64,000 nucleotides of DNA. Origin: Podarcis gaigeae. Taxonomy: Eukaryota. Of the stretch, positions 38,595 to 51,710 are shown in pieces (within the stretch, counting starts at the first letter, position 1; the number at the start of each line of letters is the position of its first letter). The notes under the pieces were generated by a model. That model had not been told where the DNA came from and ran no database searches. It saw nothing but the letters and a program-made list of their open reading frames with translations. Location of the stretch: the NCBI GenBank assembly GCA_964106915.2, contig OZ066924.1; one strand, given 5' to 3'. The translations under genes and the position numbers were made by a program.

Positions 38595-40077
38595 ATCCAT
38601 TCTCATCTCTGTCCATCAGCATCTGCAAACAACAAAAGGGGGGGGATCTGTCTCACTCTCCTTGATTATTTAAAGTGTGAACTAGCTGCAGGCCTCTGGA
38701 GGATAAAGTGAGCAGAGACTGCTGCAGAGAATCAAGAGAGAGCCCAGAAGGCACAAGCGGCCCCCTCTCCCACCACCAACTATTGCTAGCTTTTAAAATG
38801 GAGATGGGGAGAAGCTGTGTAAGTGTCTTTGTGTCAAAGGAGGAGCTAGAAATGCTAAGAAGGACATAACCAGGAAAGGGATGCTTTCACCTAGACTATT
38901 TCTCTCTTACTGGGAGTAAATCCCAGTGCATCTGGAAGATGTATAGAAATGTGTCTGCAGATGAGAGCTGCAGGGAGATGATTTCCATGGGACAGAGGGA
39001 TGAAAGATTCACCCGTAGGAGTTGAGGGTGGGTGGAGGGGTTGGGGAGGATGGGAAAACCATGGACAGACAGCGGGTGGCTGGGCGATATCTGGCTTTCA
39101 GCATCACAATATATCACCAGCTAAATATCGTGATATCTTAGTATCACAATATCTATCTGCAGTGGTGGTGGGCAGCAGCTAGGGGCTTTGACAGGGCTCC
39201 CTGCAGTGGTGGAGGGCCTTAAAATGTAAGGAAGTAGTAGATTTAATAAAAATATTAAATAAACTTCCATACATTATATTTAATACATTTTCAACTAATT
39301 TATGAGTAGTTTAAGTGATTTAGTCAGGTTGCATCTGCTTCCCCACTCAGAGGTCTAAGTGGAATCCCTACATGCAGAAGCCCCACTGAGTTCAACTAAA
39401 CTTACTTCTACTTTCTTGGGAGTAAGCCCCATGGAATTCAGGAGGGCTTGCTTGTGAGTAGACACACATTTGCTTTCACTGCTTACTGAAAACACCCTCC
39501 TCATCACTGTCACACAGTACCCAACCTCCCATTTCGGCATAAGGCAGCAGCTAAATCTTCTCCCCTCCATTCCCCACCTGCCAAGCCCTCATCTCACCAG
39601 TCTCTTCCTTTTTATCAAAGGGAAGGAGGGAGGGCAAGCAAGCAAAATGATAGTCTCCTTTAAATTTTAAAAAACCTTTCCTTTTTTATATGGAGGAAAG
39701 CCATTTCCGGGGAACTAACAACATAAACACCACCAGAAAACAAAAACAAAACCTCTTCCATCTCTTTTTTCCACTGGTGAGGGAAGAAAGAAGAGATTTC
39801 CAGTTCTTTGTTTACTTGCCACTGGATCTTTGATGGGGGGTTGGGTCCCTCCTGGATTGTTAGCAGGCGCTGCATAATTAGCTGAGTTCTAAGTGGAAAG
39901 ATACTGGTAAAGCTGAAAGAGTTTCCTGGTTTGTGTGAGAGCTTATAATTGAGGAGGGAGAGAGCAAACAAAGCTGGAATTATCTGCAAAGCATCTGCAA
40001 AGTACTGGTCGGCTGAGCTACCTCCTGGGAAGCTGTTAAGTCTCCACCTTTTGTTCACCAGTATATTTCCTTGTTTA

Positions 40078-40270
40078 GCAGCCTTAGAGTGGCCTAGTGG
40101 TTAGTGTGTCAGACTAGGACCTGGAGACCAGGGTTCAAATCCCCACTCAGCCATGAAGCTCACTGGGTGACCTTGGGCCAGTCACATCTCTCAGCCTAAC
40201 CTACCTCATGGGGCTGTTGCAGCGAGCTCTTTGGAGAAAAAGCTGGGATATAAATGCAGTAAATAAAATC
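40078..40270 (+). mobile_element. tRNA-derived core-type SINE (related copies ~390-560 +, 7100-7320 -, 51480-51645 +)
   Basis: gtggcctagtggttag A box, ggttcaaatccc B box, agcctaacctacctca core, AAAT tail. Confidence 0.7.
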
Positions 40271-41791
40271 AATATAAATAAATGCATCAAAGCATAATGC
40301 TAGTTACAACACTGCAAATTCAACAAAACACAGCCTGGGGGGGGTACACCTTGCTGCATCCAGGAATGTGTACATACTCTCATACTTCTAGCCTGGGGCT
40401 TGAGGGGGTTGGAAAGTGGAAACTGTGTGTACCAAGACAACCTAAATTTTATATTATAAATAAATTCTGAAAGCTTGGAATATAAGGTTGACTTCAGGAC
40501 CCATTCTGACTCAGATGCTTAGGCTGCAAGTGCATGAAATGCAACTTGCTCTCGGTGTAACAGAGTGTTGCTATAAGCCTGTTTTTATGAATAAACAAAT
40601 GCACAAGTAAACTGGACTAACCTCTTTCTCCTCCCCACCTTGAGTTGCTTGCAGTTGTCTTGTATGAGAGATTCTTGACCGTTTCCATTTGGTTGTTTCA
40701 TCATTACAATCAAGCTCTTGCATTGCCTCAGTCTGCTCTCTGGAACAGTTAACTATTCCAAACAGTTGTCTCATAGGAGCAGTAGCACATCAAATGAGGC
40801 CACTTGTGTCAGTGGCTCACCTGCGTGATGAAGCTCTGGAAGGAACTTGCCAAAGATTGGGGATGCTGAACACCTTTCATTCAGACACTTTTTCCTTTTT
40901 CCTGAGTGGCCTCATTTGCTCTTCTCAGGCATGTGTCACAAAATACAAAAAGTCACAGAGCAAGAGACAGCCTGCCAAGTGGTATATTATCTGAAGTAGC
41001 TTCTATACCATTAGGCAGGCTGTCTCTCGCTCTGTGACTTTTTTTGTGAGAAGTGCAGATTTCTCCTCTTCATGCAAACTAGTGCGGTAAGCAAGGCAGC
41101 ATTCTTCCAGTTCCTGCTTTGAAAGCCAGGAGGTGGCATCATTGAGCTATAGGTTTGCACACCAGCTGTGGGAGCCTCTTGTGGAGAGAGGAAAGATACT
41201 GGAGGTGTTTGCATCCCCTCTGCCTCACCTCTGATGGGAGAAGGTCAGAAGAGGAAGCCTGGGATGGACTGAGCAGCAAGACACGTGGGAGCTGAGACTG
41301 TTTACAGTACAGAGTTGTCCTTTTCTCATTTCTTTCCCCCAGTAGCTTTCCAGCTGTGATTGCAGAAGCCAGCCAAATGGCATATGCCCCAATACGCAAA
41401 GTCTGTGTCCTAAATGCTGCTTACAGATCAGGCAAACACTTCTCCTGTAACTGCGAATTCCTCACGTTTCTGCATATTCTTTGGGAATGGGGAGGAGACT
41501 GTGTGTTGATGCTTGCCTAGTGGTGACACCAGCAAGTTACTTAAATAGGAATTAAATTGAGGTACTGGGTTACTTATTTTCTGTTTTAAGATAGTGACAT
41601 TTGTTTTGGGAGTAGATGTGTTGCCATTTGTACATCTGTGGGTTTTAATATGTCATTGTGTGAAATGAAGGCAGGATTGGCTGAGTATGTAGGGCACAAT
41701 TGTATTAGAATTACATAACAATGTTTGAGTGGTGGAAACTGATGAAAAGACGGGGATGTTAGAGTCCCTTAACAGATTATAGTGTGCCACA

Positions 41792-41863
41792 ATGAAGACA
41801 GCTCAAGCTCTGCAACGAATGTGGCTACATGCTGTGAAAAAGTTGAGGATTTTAAAATGGCAT
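41792..41863 (+). CDS. TJP2: TJP2 alternative first coding exon, MKTAQALQRMWLHAVKKLRILKWH
   Basis: Resembles the recalled mammalian alternative N-terminus MKTAQALHRMWIQAVKKLR; acaATGa start; phase-0 donor CAT|GTGAGT compatible with exon 46123. Confidence 0.85.
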
Positions 41864-42849
41864 GTGAGTTAATTTTTGAAAAATATATACCATTAGTATT
41901 TCCTATTGTCTCATCCATACTAAGATTTTGTGTTTTAAAACGAGGAAGAAGACATGATTCTTGACTGTCTTCAACATTGTTGTACTTTATTTTAGTCTCA
42001 AATAGTTTAGCATTAAATGGCTCCCTGATTTCCATGCCTTCCGAGTGTCTGAGGGAAGCTTGCTGGCTTGCTGTGTCATTCAAGTCTCACTAGGATCTAA
42101 TTAGTCTTCTAATTAGAATGAATTAGCATGAAATCTGTAAAATTGTGCTTGAGAAGATTGTTTATTAAATAATTCTTCTTTTAATGTAGGCTTAATAGAA
42201 TGTGCTAAGTGAGCTACTGGCAATATCATCACCCGTTTAATTGTGTGACAGTGCAATCAATTAATGTATTCATATTACATTTCTTGCCATTTCCTAAAAT
42301 GATACACTCATTACTCCTCAGGAATAGGTGACACACACCTTAACCTGTCTCTTGATGCATTTGCAGCACTAGTGCAACGTGTACCAGGTTCACTGACACC
42401 TGATGTAGTTGGAGTTTCGTGCTTGCTCTGACAGAATTTAATCCCCTCTCTGGTACAGTCTGAAGTCTTCAGATGGTGACTTACAACATCTGTGGTCTTA
42501 CCCAGCCCCCACACTCATTTTGCTCCTTCCATTAATCTGTCAGCATTGGTTAGTATCTCTGCAACAACAAACAGCTGTAAATTTTATAATGTTAAAGAGA
42601 TTATGAGTTAGAGATTTAGGACAGAGCAGATGGCTTTTGTGCCTTGTGAACTCCCAAGGTGAACTTCCAGTACTTTGTTGGTGCTGCACTTTATATCCTA
42701 CAGAATGTGACCTTAAGAGCTGCTTCCTCTCAGCTTGATTATACCAGCATTCAAAAGCCAAGCATACACCCCCCTCCCCTTTGTAACAATTTGATGCATG
42801 CCATTCCAAGGAACATTTGACTTTCCGGTTTTCTTCTGAGGCACAGATA

Positions 42850-43075
42850 CAATGGTACCTCGGGTTAAGTACTTAATTCATTCCGGAGGTCCATTCTTAA
42901 CCTGAAACTGTTCTTAACCTGAAGCACCACTTTAGCTAATGGGGCCTCCTGCTGCCGCCGCGCTGCCGGAGCACGATTTCTGTTCTTATACTGAAGGAAA
43001 GTTCTTAACCTGAAGCACTATTTCTAGGTTAGCGGAGTCTGTAACCTGAAGCATATGTAACCTGAGGTACCACTG
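42850..43075. mobile_element. Tigger-like MITE, family A
   Basis: TIRs and TA TSD. Confidence 0.9.
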
Positions 43076-43529
43076 TAGTTCAAACTAATTTTCAAATAAT
43101 TTGTAGTTTTTATTCACAAGTAAAGACTAAAAGTATTTCAACATTGTATTCATCAATCTGCACTTCTTAAATTCTGCAAGTAGCTGAACATGCGTAGAAA
43201 TTTGTTCATTTCATTTCCAGTACAATAAAACATTTTTCTTACTGAAAATATCCTGTTAGTATATATATATATGTATATATGTTAGTATATATGTAGCTGC
43301 CGCGACTGGACTTAATTGTCAGGGGTCCCTTTACCTTTAGCTGCCATATAGTAGTATTAATTATAGTAATTAAAAAGATCTCTGAAATGTTTTTAGTAGC
43401 TCTGTGTGTGAGAGAGAATATATTGAACTTGTAATTTATGTAGGGTTTTTTTTTTATCTCGAGGCATGACGTTTTTATTGCATCAATCAATCTGCTGAGG
43501 ATCTGAACTCTGATCAGATTGAAATGATG

Positions 43530-44360
43530 ATGATGATGATTTTATTTGTATCACTCCCATCTTTATTATTTGAACAGGCACTTTGGGCAGGTTCTAACAG
43601 ATATAAAAACCTAATAAAACATCAAACATTAAAAACCTCCCAGTACAGGGCTGTATTGTAGTTATCTTCGTAACACCTAATGAGAGGGCATTCCACAGCA
43701 TGTTTTACATTTTCTATATGCACTGTAAGCTGCCCAGAGTGGCTGAGGAAACCAAGCTAAATGGGCAGGGTATAAATAATACATAAATTATTATTACAGT
43801 GGTACTTCAGGTTACAAACACTTTGGATTACAGACTCCGCTAACCCAGAAGTAGTACCTTGGGTTAAGAACTTTATCTCAGGATGAGAACAGAAATCGCG
43901 CGGTGGTGGCAGCAGGAGGCCCCATTAGCTAAAGTGGTACCTCAGGTTAAGAGTGGTTTCAGGATAAGAACGGACCTCCGGAATGAATTAAGTTCGTAAC
44001 CCAGGGTACCACTGTATTACAATTATTATTACTACTATTACTACTGCTGCCAAAAAGGAACTGCCATAATGCCCTCAGAGCTGGATCTCAATGTCTGGGT
44101 TGGAGAATGGGGATGGAGACGCTCCTTCAGGTCTCCTGGGCCAAGGCCATTTGAGGCTTTCAAGGTCAGCACCAACACTTTGAATTGTGCTCAGAAACAT
44201 ACCAGGAGTCAGTGTAGAGCCTTTAGGACCAGTTCTGTAAGGTTCTGACAGCTGCTCCCAGTCACTAGTCTAGCTGATGCACTCTGAATTAGTTGTTGTT
44301 TCTGAGGCACCTTCAAAGGTCGCCCCACGTAGAGCGCATGGCAGTAGTCCAAGTGGGCAG
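43530..44360 (-). mobile_element. L2-like LINE 3' fragments
   Basis: aaggtcagcaccaacactttgaattg...; similar to the 17500 region. Confidence 0.6.
43797..44014. mobile_element. Tigger-like MITE, family A (reverse orientation)
   Basis: TIRs and TA TSD. Confidence 0.88.
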
Positions 44361-46122
44361 CATCTTAGCTCTTAGAAATCATCCGATTGACTGCCCTGTG
44401 GTTCACCAGGCACCATAGATGGTGGTCCTGTTGTAGGAGCACATCAAGAGACGATCATGGCAGCATTCGGTTATGCTGCACATAGTAAGGATGAGAGCAC
44501 TATCTGTGAGGGAGGGGATGCGGGGTTACATGTCTTATCTCCTTCAGTCTTCCCACATTGAGAAGGGTGATCTGAAGGAGAATCGTAAGATGGCTTAGCA
44601 GAATGTTTTACCATCATCCCTGCAGTCGGAAACCCTGATTGTGTGTGGAGGACTATAAGTGTGTTTGGTCAAATGCACTTGCGATTCCCTTTCAGACCTT
44701 CACATATCACATTAAGCTATAGTTTGTTTTAAACTTTGGTTTAATTTGGAGAGAAACAAACCCTGAACCTGGGATGGGTTGGGATGACATGAAATAAGCT
44801 GGACTCTGATGTGTGTTGTCCACAGCGTGGCTGCAGCAGGATTAGGGGGAGCACCTAGAGAACTTTTGAACAGCATGCCCTCTAGCTCACATTAAACCAT
44901 AGCTAGTTTAAAACTATGATTTAATGTGATATGCAGACCAGGCTGATGCAGAAGGTCAGGAGTGGAGGGGGCAGGGTGCCAGCACACACAGCCCTATTGT
45001 CCCTCTGGGTGACGTTAGTAGAGTAAGTGCATGAAGAGGGCTGGAGCTTCAAACAATGCATGAGTTTCATTTAGAGTAAGGGGCTTACACTAAAGTTTTG
45101 TGCAGGCACCTGCAAAGCAGCTGGCTTTAGGCATCAGGTCTTCTAAATGCTTGAAAATGTAATATTTGGTGTATGCATATAATCCAGACCTTCTCTCCTA
45201 TACATGCTGTCTTATGTGCATGGAGCTGTCTCCAAAAGCATTTGGAAACCAGCACTGGTACGGAACGCGGTGGCCAGGTTTTGAGGGGGGCTTAAGATTA
45301 ATTTTTGGGTACAATTCAATGTGGTAGTTATTAATTGCATTTTAAAGCCCTATATGGTTAGGGCTTAGACATCTTAAAGATCACCTCCTACATGAGCTTT
45401 CTAGTCATTGAGTGAGACCTTGCATTATTGACTTGCCTTCACTGCAGACAGGATGGGGGCGACTTGGGCAGGACCTTTTCGGGGACAGTCACTGGATGTG
45501 TCAGATCTGGCCATCTCATTGATTACTCAGTCAGTCAACAAGATTATTGTTCTAGCCAAAAGCCATGAAAATTTCATGTCAATAATATTAAGAAAATATT
45601 TTTATTTTATTACATTGCATATATTGTTTATTTATTAAACTTCAGTCCCTCCCTTCTTCCCAGAGTGGCAATGGTGACCTATCTATTTTGATAACAGTTT
45701 ATTCAAGGTCTCTGGTCTCTTAGGGTTTTCCATCATGATCAATTTAATCCAAGTGATCTTCATTCAGGCATGTGCTCCCCTGCTACTGAGATTTGGTCCT
45801 TTGTCAGGCAACAAGTACCACAGGCACAAATATATAAAGATCTGGGTGTGAGCTATTTCTCTCAAGTGTGGTTTCCTTTTTGTGCATACAGATAAAAAAC
45901 ACGGAAAAGGCTTCTCAAACTAAAATTTTGTTCTTCAAACGTGTTTATTTTTTTATTCAGATTCTGGCTAATTAATGTCCATTTTTAAAAGCACTGCAGT
46001 GTGATAACTGCAAAACATTACTGCTGTTTGATACTGACTTTGAAAAGGGTCTGTTCTTAATTTTGTGAGAACTGTCTTCTGTTGTGATGTTCTATTGATT
46101 ATTGCTTTTCATTGTCCAGCAG

Positions 46123-46176
46123 GCCCCAGGCATGGAAGAGCTGATATGGGAACAGTATACAGTGACCTTACAAAGG
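46123..46176 (+). CDS. TJP2: TJP2 common exon 2 (APGMEELIWEQYTVTLQR); contains the ZO-2C-type start ATG at 46132
   Basis: Acceptor tccagcag|; donor AGG|GTGAGA; peptide matches the ZO-2 PDZ1 entry. Confidence 0.96.
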
Positions 46177-46523
46177 GTGAGAGGTTATTTCTGGTCCTTT
46201 TTTTCTAATAGTCCCTTTCCCCCTTTTTGCATGTGCCATTGTGTTAGTAAATCTGACACCCGTTAACCTTATTGATCAATTTTCCTTGTGAAACATTTTA
46301 AAAATTGTTAATTAGAACTGTTAAACTATGCTAAATAGTTTTGTTCCACCCTTACATTTTTATTTTTGCTCCAGCAGTGTATTTAAATTCACAGCAATAC
46401 ATTTCTGCATAACTATTAAAATATTTAAAATTCCAGAGCTCACATCAACATCACATTCAGAAGGGCTGAACGATGTCTGGTTTTCAACATCCCGATATAT
46501 CACCAGCTAGTCACCATGATATA

Positions 46524-47488
46524 CCGTATTTTTCGCTCTATAACACGCACCTGACCATAACACGCACATCGTTTTTAGAGGAGGAAAACAAGGGAAAAAA
46601 CATTCTGAATGAAACAGTGGATGTATCATTTTTGTGCTTCATGCTGTGGCCACAGACATGTGATCTGATGGTGAATTTGGGGTGACCCAATGCAAAAATC
46701 CTGAGAATTCCTGTGGATCCATGCTTTGTAGCCACGTTTTTGCACCATTGCAGCCCCAGGCAACAGTGGGTGCGTGATTTTTCTGGTGCAGGCTGTAGCC
46801 ATGGACATGCTATGTGATCTGATGGTGAATTTGGGGTGACCCAATGCAAAGATCCTGAGAATCCCTGTAGATCCATGCTTTGTAACCACATTTTTGCACC
46901 TTTGCAGCCCCAGGCAACAGTGGGTGCGTGATTTTTTTGGTGCAGGCTGTAGCCATGGACATGCTATGTGATCTGATGGTGAATTTGGGGTGACCCAATG
47001 CAAAGATCCTGAGAATCTCTGTGGATCCATGCTTTGTAACCACATTTTTGCACCTTTGCAGCCCCAGGCAACAGTGGGTGCGTGATTTTTCTGGTGCAGG
47101 CTGTAGCCATGGACATGCTATGTGATCTGATGGTGAATTTGGGGTGACCCAATGCAAAGATCCTGAGGATCCATGTGGATCCATGCTTTGTAACCACATT
47201 TTTGCACCTTTGCAGCACCAGGCAACAGTGGGTGCGTGATTTTGGGGGGGCAGGCTGTAGCCATGGACATGCTATGTGATCTGATGGTGAATTTGGGGTG
47301 ACCCAATGCAAAGATCCTGAGGATCCATGTGGATCTATGCTTTGTAACCACATTTTAAGTGGGGAGCGAAGGAAAAACAAAGATGGGACATGAGAGGGGT
47401 GTGCAGAGAAGCAGCTGGCTAAGAATGCAGGAGAGGGATTTAACGGGAGGGAGGAAAGAAAGGCAAAAGTTTCCCCCCACCCAAGCCA

Positions 47489-47530
<42 letters not shown>

Positions 47531-47863
47531 CCCTCTCTCCCTCTCCTCCAGCAGCACCTGAGCACAGAAACCACACGCTGCTTTCCCCTCTGCTTGCCTG
47601 GAGGGGAGGGGCTTTCCCTGCTCTTTGTTCCGTTTCAGCAAACACAGCAACGAAACAGAGGAGGGTGGGCAGTAAGACCCTGAGGCAGAATGCAGGAAAG
47701 CAGACACTTCCTCTTTTCAGGTTTCCCTTCTCCGTGAAGCGCGATTTGATTTTTGCCTGATTTTTTGGCTCCAGGGACCACACATTCGCTCTATAACACG
47801 CACAGACATTTCCCCTCCCTTTTTAGGAGAAAAAATCTGCGTGTTATAGAGGGAAAAATACGG
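46524..47863. mobile_element. Tc2/pogo-like non-autonomous element with internal 154-bp tandem array
   Basis: TIR CCGTATTTTTC.CTCTATAACACGCA, TA TSD; itself inserted in an older element (~46460-48230). Confidence 0.88.
46659..47355. repeat. 154-bp tandem repeat, ~4.5 units
   Basis: tgtgatctgatggtgaatttggggtgacccaatgc recurs at 46659, 46813, 46967, 47121, 47275. Confidence 0.95.
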
Positions 47864-48405
47864 TACTAATATATAACAATGTCTAAAATAAGGACGTAAC
47901 CATGTAATGTTACCAGGGTAACGTAACCATGTAATGTTACCAGGGTAATGTCCTGGCATGTTCTACTACTTCGGGGTCTAAAACTGATACATTTTTACTT
48001 ACCTTTAACATATTGTTACAGCTGTATATAGTACAGACGAACAGGGGTGGCAGGAATCATGAGAGAAGCGATGACTGGCTTCACGGTTTTTCCCACATCA
48101 CAATTTCTTACATAGCACATGTGCTCATCATGATTCGCGATGTATCACCATGTCGAAAATTATGAAACTTTTATCAGGATGTGGACGTCCAATCAATTTT
48201 GGTTAATGTATTGATACATTGCCCATCCCTAGGTCCGAGGTGGTGGTGGTGGTGTTGTTAAATGTCAACCATATTTTTTATTTTAAATTTACCTCCATTA
48301 ATTCCCATAATTACTCCATATTGAATAATAATAAATCATTACATCCTTGACAAGTCTCTCTACTCTACATTGGGCCAATGTTCCATGATTTTTCTTTTCA
48401 TTATA

Positions 48406-48631
48406 CAGTGGTACCTCAGGTTAAGTACTTAATTTGTTCCGGAGGTCCGTACTTAACCTGAAACTGTTCTTAACCTGAAGCACCACTTTAGCTAATGGGG
48501 CCTCCTGCTGCCGCCACGCCGCCGGAGCACAATTTCTGTTCTCATTCTGAAGCAAAGTTCTTAACCCGAAACACTATTTCTGGGTTAGCGGAGTCTATAA
48601 CCTGAAGCGTATGTAACCCAAGGTACCACTG
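48406..48631. mobile_element. Tigger-like MITE, family A
   Basis: TIRs and TA TSD. Confidence 0.9.
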
Positions 48632-48634
48632 TAT

Positions 48635-49760
48635 AGCCACTGGTTCATGTCCAGTTCCACTTCTTCAGTTTCATTTCCTGTTGCGTTTACGATCTCCTCT
48701 AGGACCTTCCATTTTCTTTTTCTTTTTTCCAGAGACAGCACCATAATTTTAATAGCATCCTTCTGTGAATTTGCTCCAGATTGTATGCAAAATACTTTCT
48801 CTCTGCTAGAGCTAAAGAAAGGCCAGGACTGAAGTTTTCCCCAAGCTTTTTTTTTTTGCTTTCAACTCCATCAGCACCATATCAAAATAATTCTCCATAT
48901 CACCATTTGTGATTTTATCTTCTCCTTCTCCAAATTCTTGTATGGAAGTCATTTCCATTTCAGCAGCAGCAACTGCTTCCTTCAATTTAATTATTTCTTG
49001 ATCTAGTCCTGCCAACATTTTATCCATTTGTTCTGAAGCCTCTGAATATTCCCCATTTCCATTTTCCACTTCAGATCCCTCTGGCTCATTTTCTTGCTTG
49101 AACATTGATCCAATCATTTTTTATTGTTCAGCCATCAATTGTTGAACAATACCAACCATCACTGGGAGATCCAACAATACCTTTGCCATGCTGGATGCTT
49201 TTGATGTTCTGCATATTAGTAGCCCCTCAATCCACTTTAAAATTTCCCCTTTAAAACTGAAGCTGCAACTGTGTCTCAAAGCACCTTCCTCATGATGGCT
49301 GCTTAACTTTCAGTTTTTCCAGTTCTTTAGTGACAGGAAGCAGAAAAAGGATTAAAGATTTTTCACATATTGATTCCTATCATCCATTTTAATCCTTCTT
49401 GTTCACCATAAATCAGGCCTTTCACTTTGCTTTGCTTCTAACAATTAGTTTCCTTTCTGTTTTCTCAACAACAGGAGGTGGTACTTACAGATTTTCGCAT
49501 TGTAGATTTTCCCCAGCAGATGGGGGGGGGGGTGTCTCATTACAGTTTCCTTGTTCCAGAGATGTTTTGAAAAGGAAATGTGTGATTCTTTACCTTACTC
49601 ACTGTTTGTTTAAAAAGGTGATTACGTGGTGTTTGGGCATGATGGCATTACTCCTCAGCTTGCCAGTTTGTTCTGACTCCCATCCAAGCTGCGAGGCTCA
49701 GGCAGCAGAAAAGCAGCTTGGATCCAAGCATTTTGAGGTTAACTCCCAGGTCACCCTTGT
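48635..49760 (-). mobile_element. Probable LINE 5'/ORF1-like remnant
   Basis: Purine-rich minus strand with acidic coiled-coil-like ORF 48812-49117; no splice support. Confidence 0.4.
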
Positions 49761-50045
49761 CTCCAGAGTGATTTAATGACCAGACTATCTGTCTGACTAT
49801 TACCAATCACTACATAATTATCTTCTGTCAGTGGCAACTAACAGAAAGACAGCCCAATCACCATTCCTCTCTCCCAGAGGTCCCTGAGCAATTTTCAAGA
49901 GGTCAAGTCGGCGGTGGTGGGAGTTTGGGAATCACTGGTCTAACTATGCCTCTATTTTGGTATTCTAACAATTTCAAATTCTATTGGCTCTATTTTTTGT
50001 TTTGTTTTTTAAAAAGAACGTTTTTCCTCCCTCTTTTCCCTTTAG

Positions 50046-50171
<126 letters not shown>

Positions 50172-50244
50172 TAAGTAAACATGCTTGTAGCAGTAGCGCC
50201 TGTCTCTCTTTGCTCTGATAATTTTTTTGCAAAACACAAATATA

Positions 50245-50459
50245 CCGTCTTTTTCACTCCACAAGACGCACCTGACCATAAGACGCACATAGTTTTTAGA
50301 GGGGGAATGCAAGAAAAAAAATTCTTTAAAGGGAGTTCCCTCTAGCTGTTCTGGCTTCTGGCTTAGCCGCGCAGCCTACATTTGCTCCATAAGACGCACA
50401 CACAATTCCCCTTACTTTTTAGGAGGGGGAAAGTGCGTCCTATAGAGCAAAAAATACGG
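50245..50459. mobile_element. Short Tc2-like MITE, same TIR family as 46524
   Basis: CCGT.TTTTTC...AAAAATACGG, TA TSD. Confidence 0.82.
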
Positions 50460-51710
50460 TAATTGGGAAGGCATAGATTTCACAAAATTTGTGTAATTAT
50501 TTGATCCTGCCATTTTTATCTATGAGGCTGTATCCAGCCTAGATAGCTTTACTTTTAGGCAACCTTGCATAGTGGCTAGCACACTAGACCCTGACCAAAA
50601 TCCCTGCTCAGCTGTGGGATGCATCCAGGTAAGAGCATCTCAGGGGCAGGGGAATGCCGTACGGGAGCTGCATGTTTGTTATGCAGGCAGCAAGGTTCAT
50701 GCTGGACCCATGGCTCCCAGCTGCTTCCGTAGCATCTGCGTTGGCCTGCAGATCCCTGCCTTTAGATCCCAAACCTCAGAATTCTATGATTGGTTGTATG
50801 TCCTGGCTGGGGCTGATGGGATAGTCCAGAGCATCTGGAGGCACCTGGTTGGGAAAGGTCGTAGCAAATTCATGAAAGCTACACTGGTGTGCTAATGAAA
50901 ATGTCGCTCTCCGCCCCGTAGTGGTGAAGACTGAACCTGGGCATTAGGACTGGGAGGATGTTGACAGGCCTCATGTGTTCCATTTCTTTGCTTGTGTTTT
51001 GGTCATTGGAAATTGATGTCTATGGGATTAGGCTCTGGGAATAGTTTGTGAGGACAATTAAATGTAAAACAACAAAGGGAGGAAATCTTCAACTTTCCAG
51101 CAATGTTGACCTACAATTATAATGAGACGTTGCTTATGTTATTAAGCAAATATCATTTGTCTTATACTGAATTTAACGGAACATAATGTTACTGTAGAGA
51201 TAAACGAGCTCAGTTCAGGACTACGCTGGCTGCAGTGCCTGAACACAAAGGGATCTCCATGGGGCATTGCAGAGCCCCGTCTTCTCCCCTTATGTGCTCA
51301 GGAACTAAGAATGGCAGCATAGGAAAAGGCCTGGGGGGCCTGTTCATGGCTTCCATGTCCCCATTTCTTGACTGAGCTAAGTAGAGGGGGCTGGATGGGG
51401 GCAGAGGAGGCAAACGCAGGCAACCAGTTCCCCATAATGGATTGAGGTGGGGCCCTGCAGTAGGGCTGGACTGACCCCAGTCCCCACTCAACCAGAAAGC
51501 TCCCTGGGTGACCTGGGGCCAGTTGCTCACGCTCAGCCTAACCTACCTCACAGGGTTGTTGTGGGGAATAAATGAGGAGGGGGAGAAAAACGTAAGTCAC
51601 TTTGAGTTCCATGGAGAAAAAGGAGGGATATGAAGGCAATAAATAAACAAACCCCACCCTTTTTATCAATGTTAGTATTTTCTAATTGACAACATGCTTC
51701 TGTTTTGCAG

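Noticed and set aside
46659-47355. Regularly spaced repeat that might suggest CRISPR
   Set aside because: Whole units repeat with no unique spacers; vertebrate DNA; no cas genes
46538-47707. Overlapping minus-strand ORFs up to 247 aa with repeated peptides (also 37404-38092)
   Set aside because: Artefact of a 154-bp unit (not a multiple of 3) cycling through frames inside a MITE; no domain
47894-47947. Exact 27-bp tandem duplication
   Set aside because: Ordinary local duplication inside an old repeat; no sign of function
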